Source: an uncultured Ignavibacteriota bacterium (GTDB taxonomy: Bacteria > Bacteroidota > Ignavibacteria > UBA10030 > UBA8401). From it: a stretch of DNA of 44,904 nucleotides. Position 1 is the first letter of the stretch. Every line of letters starts with the position of its first letter. This document shows positions 44,464-44,904 of the stretch, piece after piece. The position numbers were made by a program, and so were the translations under genes. The DNA lies in NCBI GenBank assembly GCA_903907305.1, contig CAIVNT010000208.1, positions 1 through 44,904 of the forward strand. The letters run 5' to 3'. The notes beneath the pieces were generated by a model, which saw only the letters and a program-made list of their open reading frames with translations, ran no database searches and was not told the origin of the DNA.

Positions 44464-44904
44464 TTATTTCTTTTTCACGCGGATCATCCGCAGGATCTTT
44501 GGAGGGATGCTGAACAGGAGCGTTGAGCTGTTCGGCTGTTCGGTATTGTAATCGATACAAATGATGGATCCTTTTTTCACGAGAATCGATCCGTTCTTTT
44601 GCTGCAGGATGAACGCAAGGAATTTTCCAAGACCCGGTTCATGTCCCACCAGAACGACCGTAGGATGATTCTCATATTTTTTCAGCATCTGTATAATATC
44701 ATTCGCTTTATCATCGGGAAGCAGACCGTCATCCGGTGTGACGGCGATACCGGAGGAATTCTGCGATGCGATGATCTCGGCGGTGGCAAATGCCCGTTTG
44801 AGCGGACTGGTCACGATGGTGAAGGAGGAGGGGAGGAATGTGCTCATTCCTTTCACGTTCGATTTCATCTTTTTGATCCCGTCCTTGGTGAGGGGGCGGT
44901 CGTC
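44464..44904 (-). CDS. sixA: SixA-like histidine phosphatase (N-terminus outside window)
   Basis: The frame is open to the window edge: DDRPLTKDG, SPLKRA..TA, LVGHEP. Confidence 0.85.
   Translation of the reverse strand, partial: DDRPLTKDGIKKMKSNVKGMSTFLPSSFTIVTSPLKRAFATAEIIASQNSSGIAVTPDDGLLPDDKANDIIQMLKKYENHPTVVLVGHEPGLGKFLAFILQQKNGSILVKKGSIICIDYNTEQPNSSTLLFSIPPKILRMIRVKKK

Overview
Bacterial chromosomal window, most likely Ignavibacteria or a related Bacteroidota/FCB lineage (inferred from two proteins with NYPNPFNP-type C-terminal sorting domains and several TAnnTTTG promoter elements). Left to right it holds: the right end of an ISL3 element, an orphan N6-adenine DNA methyltransferase, an ECF sigma/anti-sigma/periplasmic sensor module with a diheme peroxidase, a TolB-like protein, a TonB-dependent receptor, a HEAT-repeat/serine hydrolase fusion, metabolic genes, a GH5 gene with a membrane AraC regulator, typA, a REP-associated tyrosine transposase flanked by GTAG palindromes, an arsR-arsM-arsC-acr3 operon, a run of small hydrolases, and finally ppx and sixA. 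The best candidate for an undescribed system is the minus-strand cluster at 31754-42754. It encodes a metallophosphoesterase, a KdsC-type phosphatase, an LPG-synthase-type membrane/flippase protein, a sialyl/Kdo-transferase-like protein, a CMP-transferase, a split transketolase, a class III aminotransferase, an SDR, a NeuB synthase, a fatty acid hydroxylase and a TPR protein. Five pentamers at exact 11-bp spacing (Pho-box-like) precede the main operon. My inference is a phosphate-starvation pathway making a phosphorus-free ulosonic-acid glycolipid. Many intergenic gaps carry nested palindromic repeats of several families.
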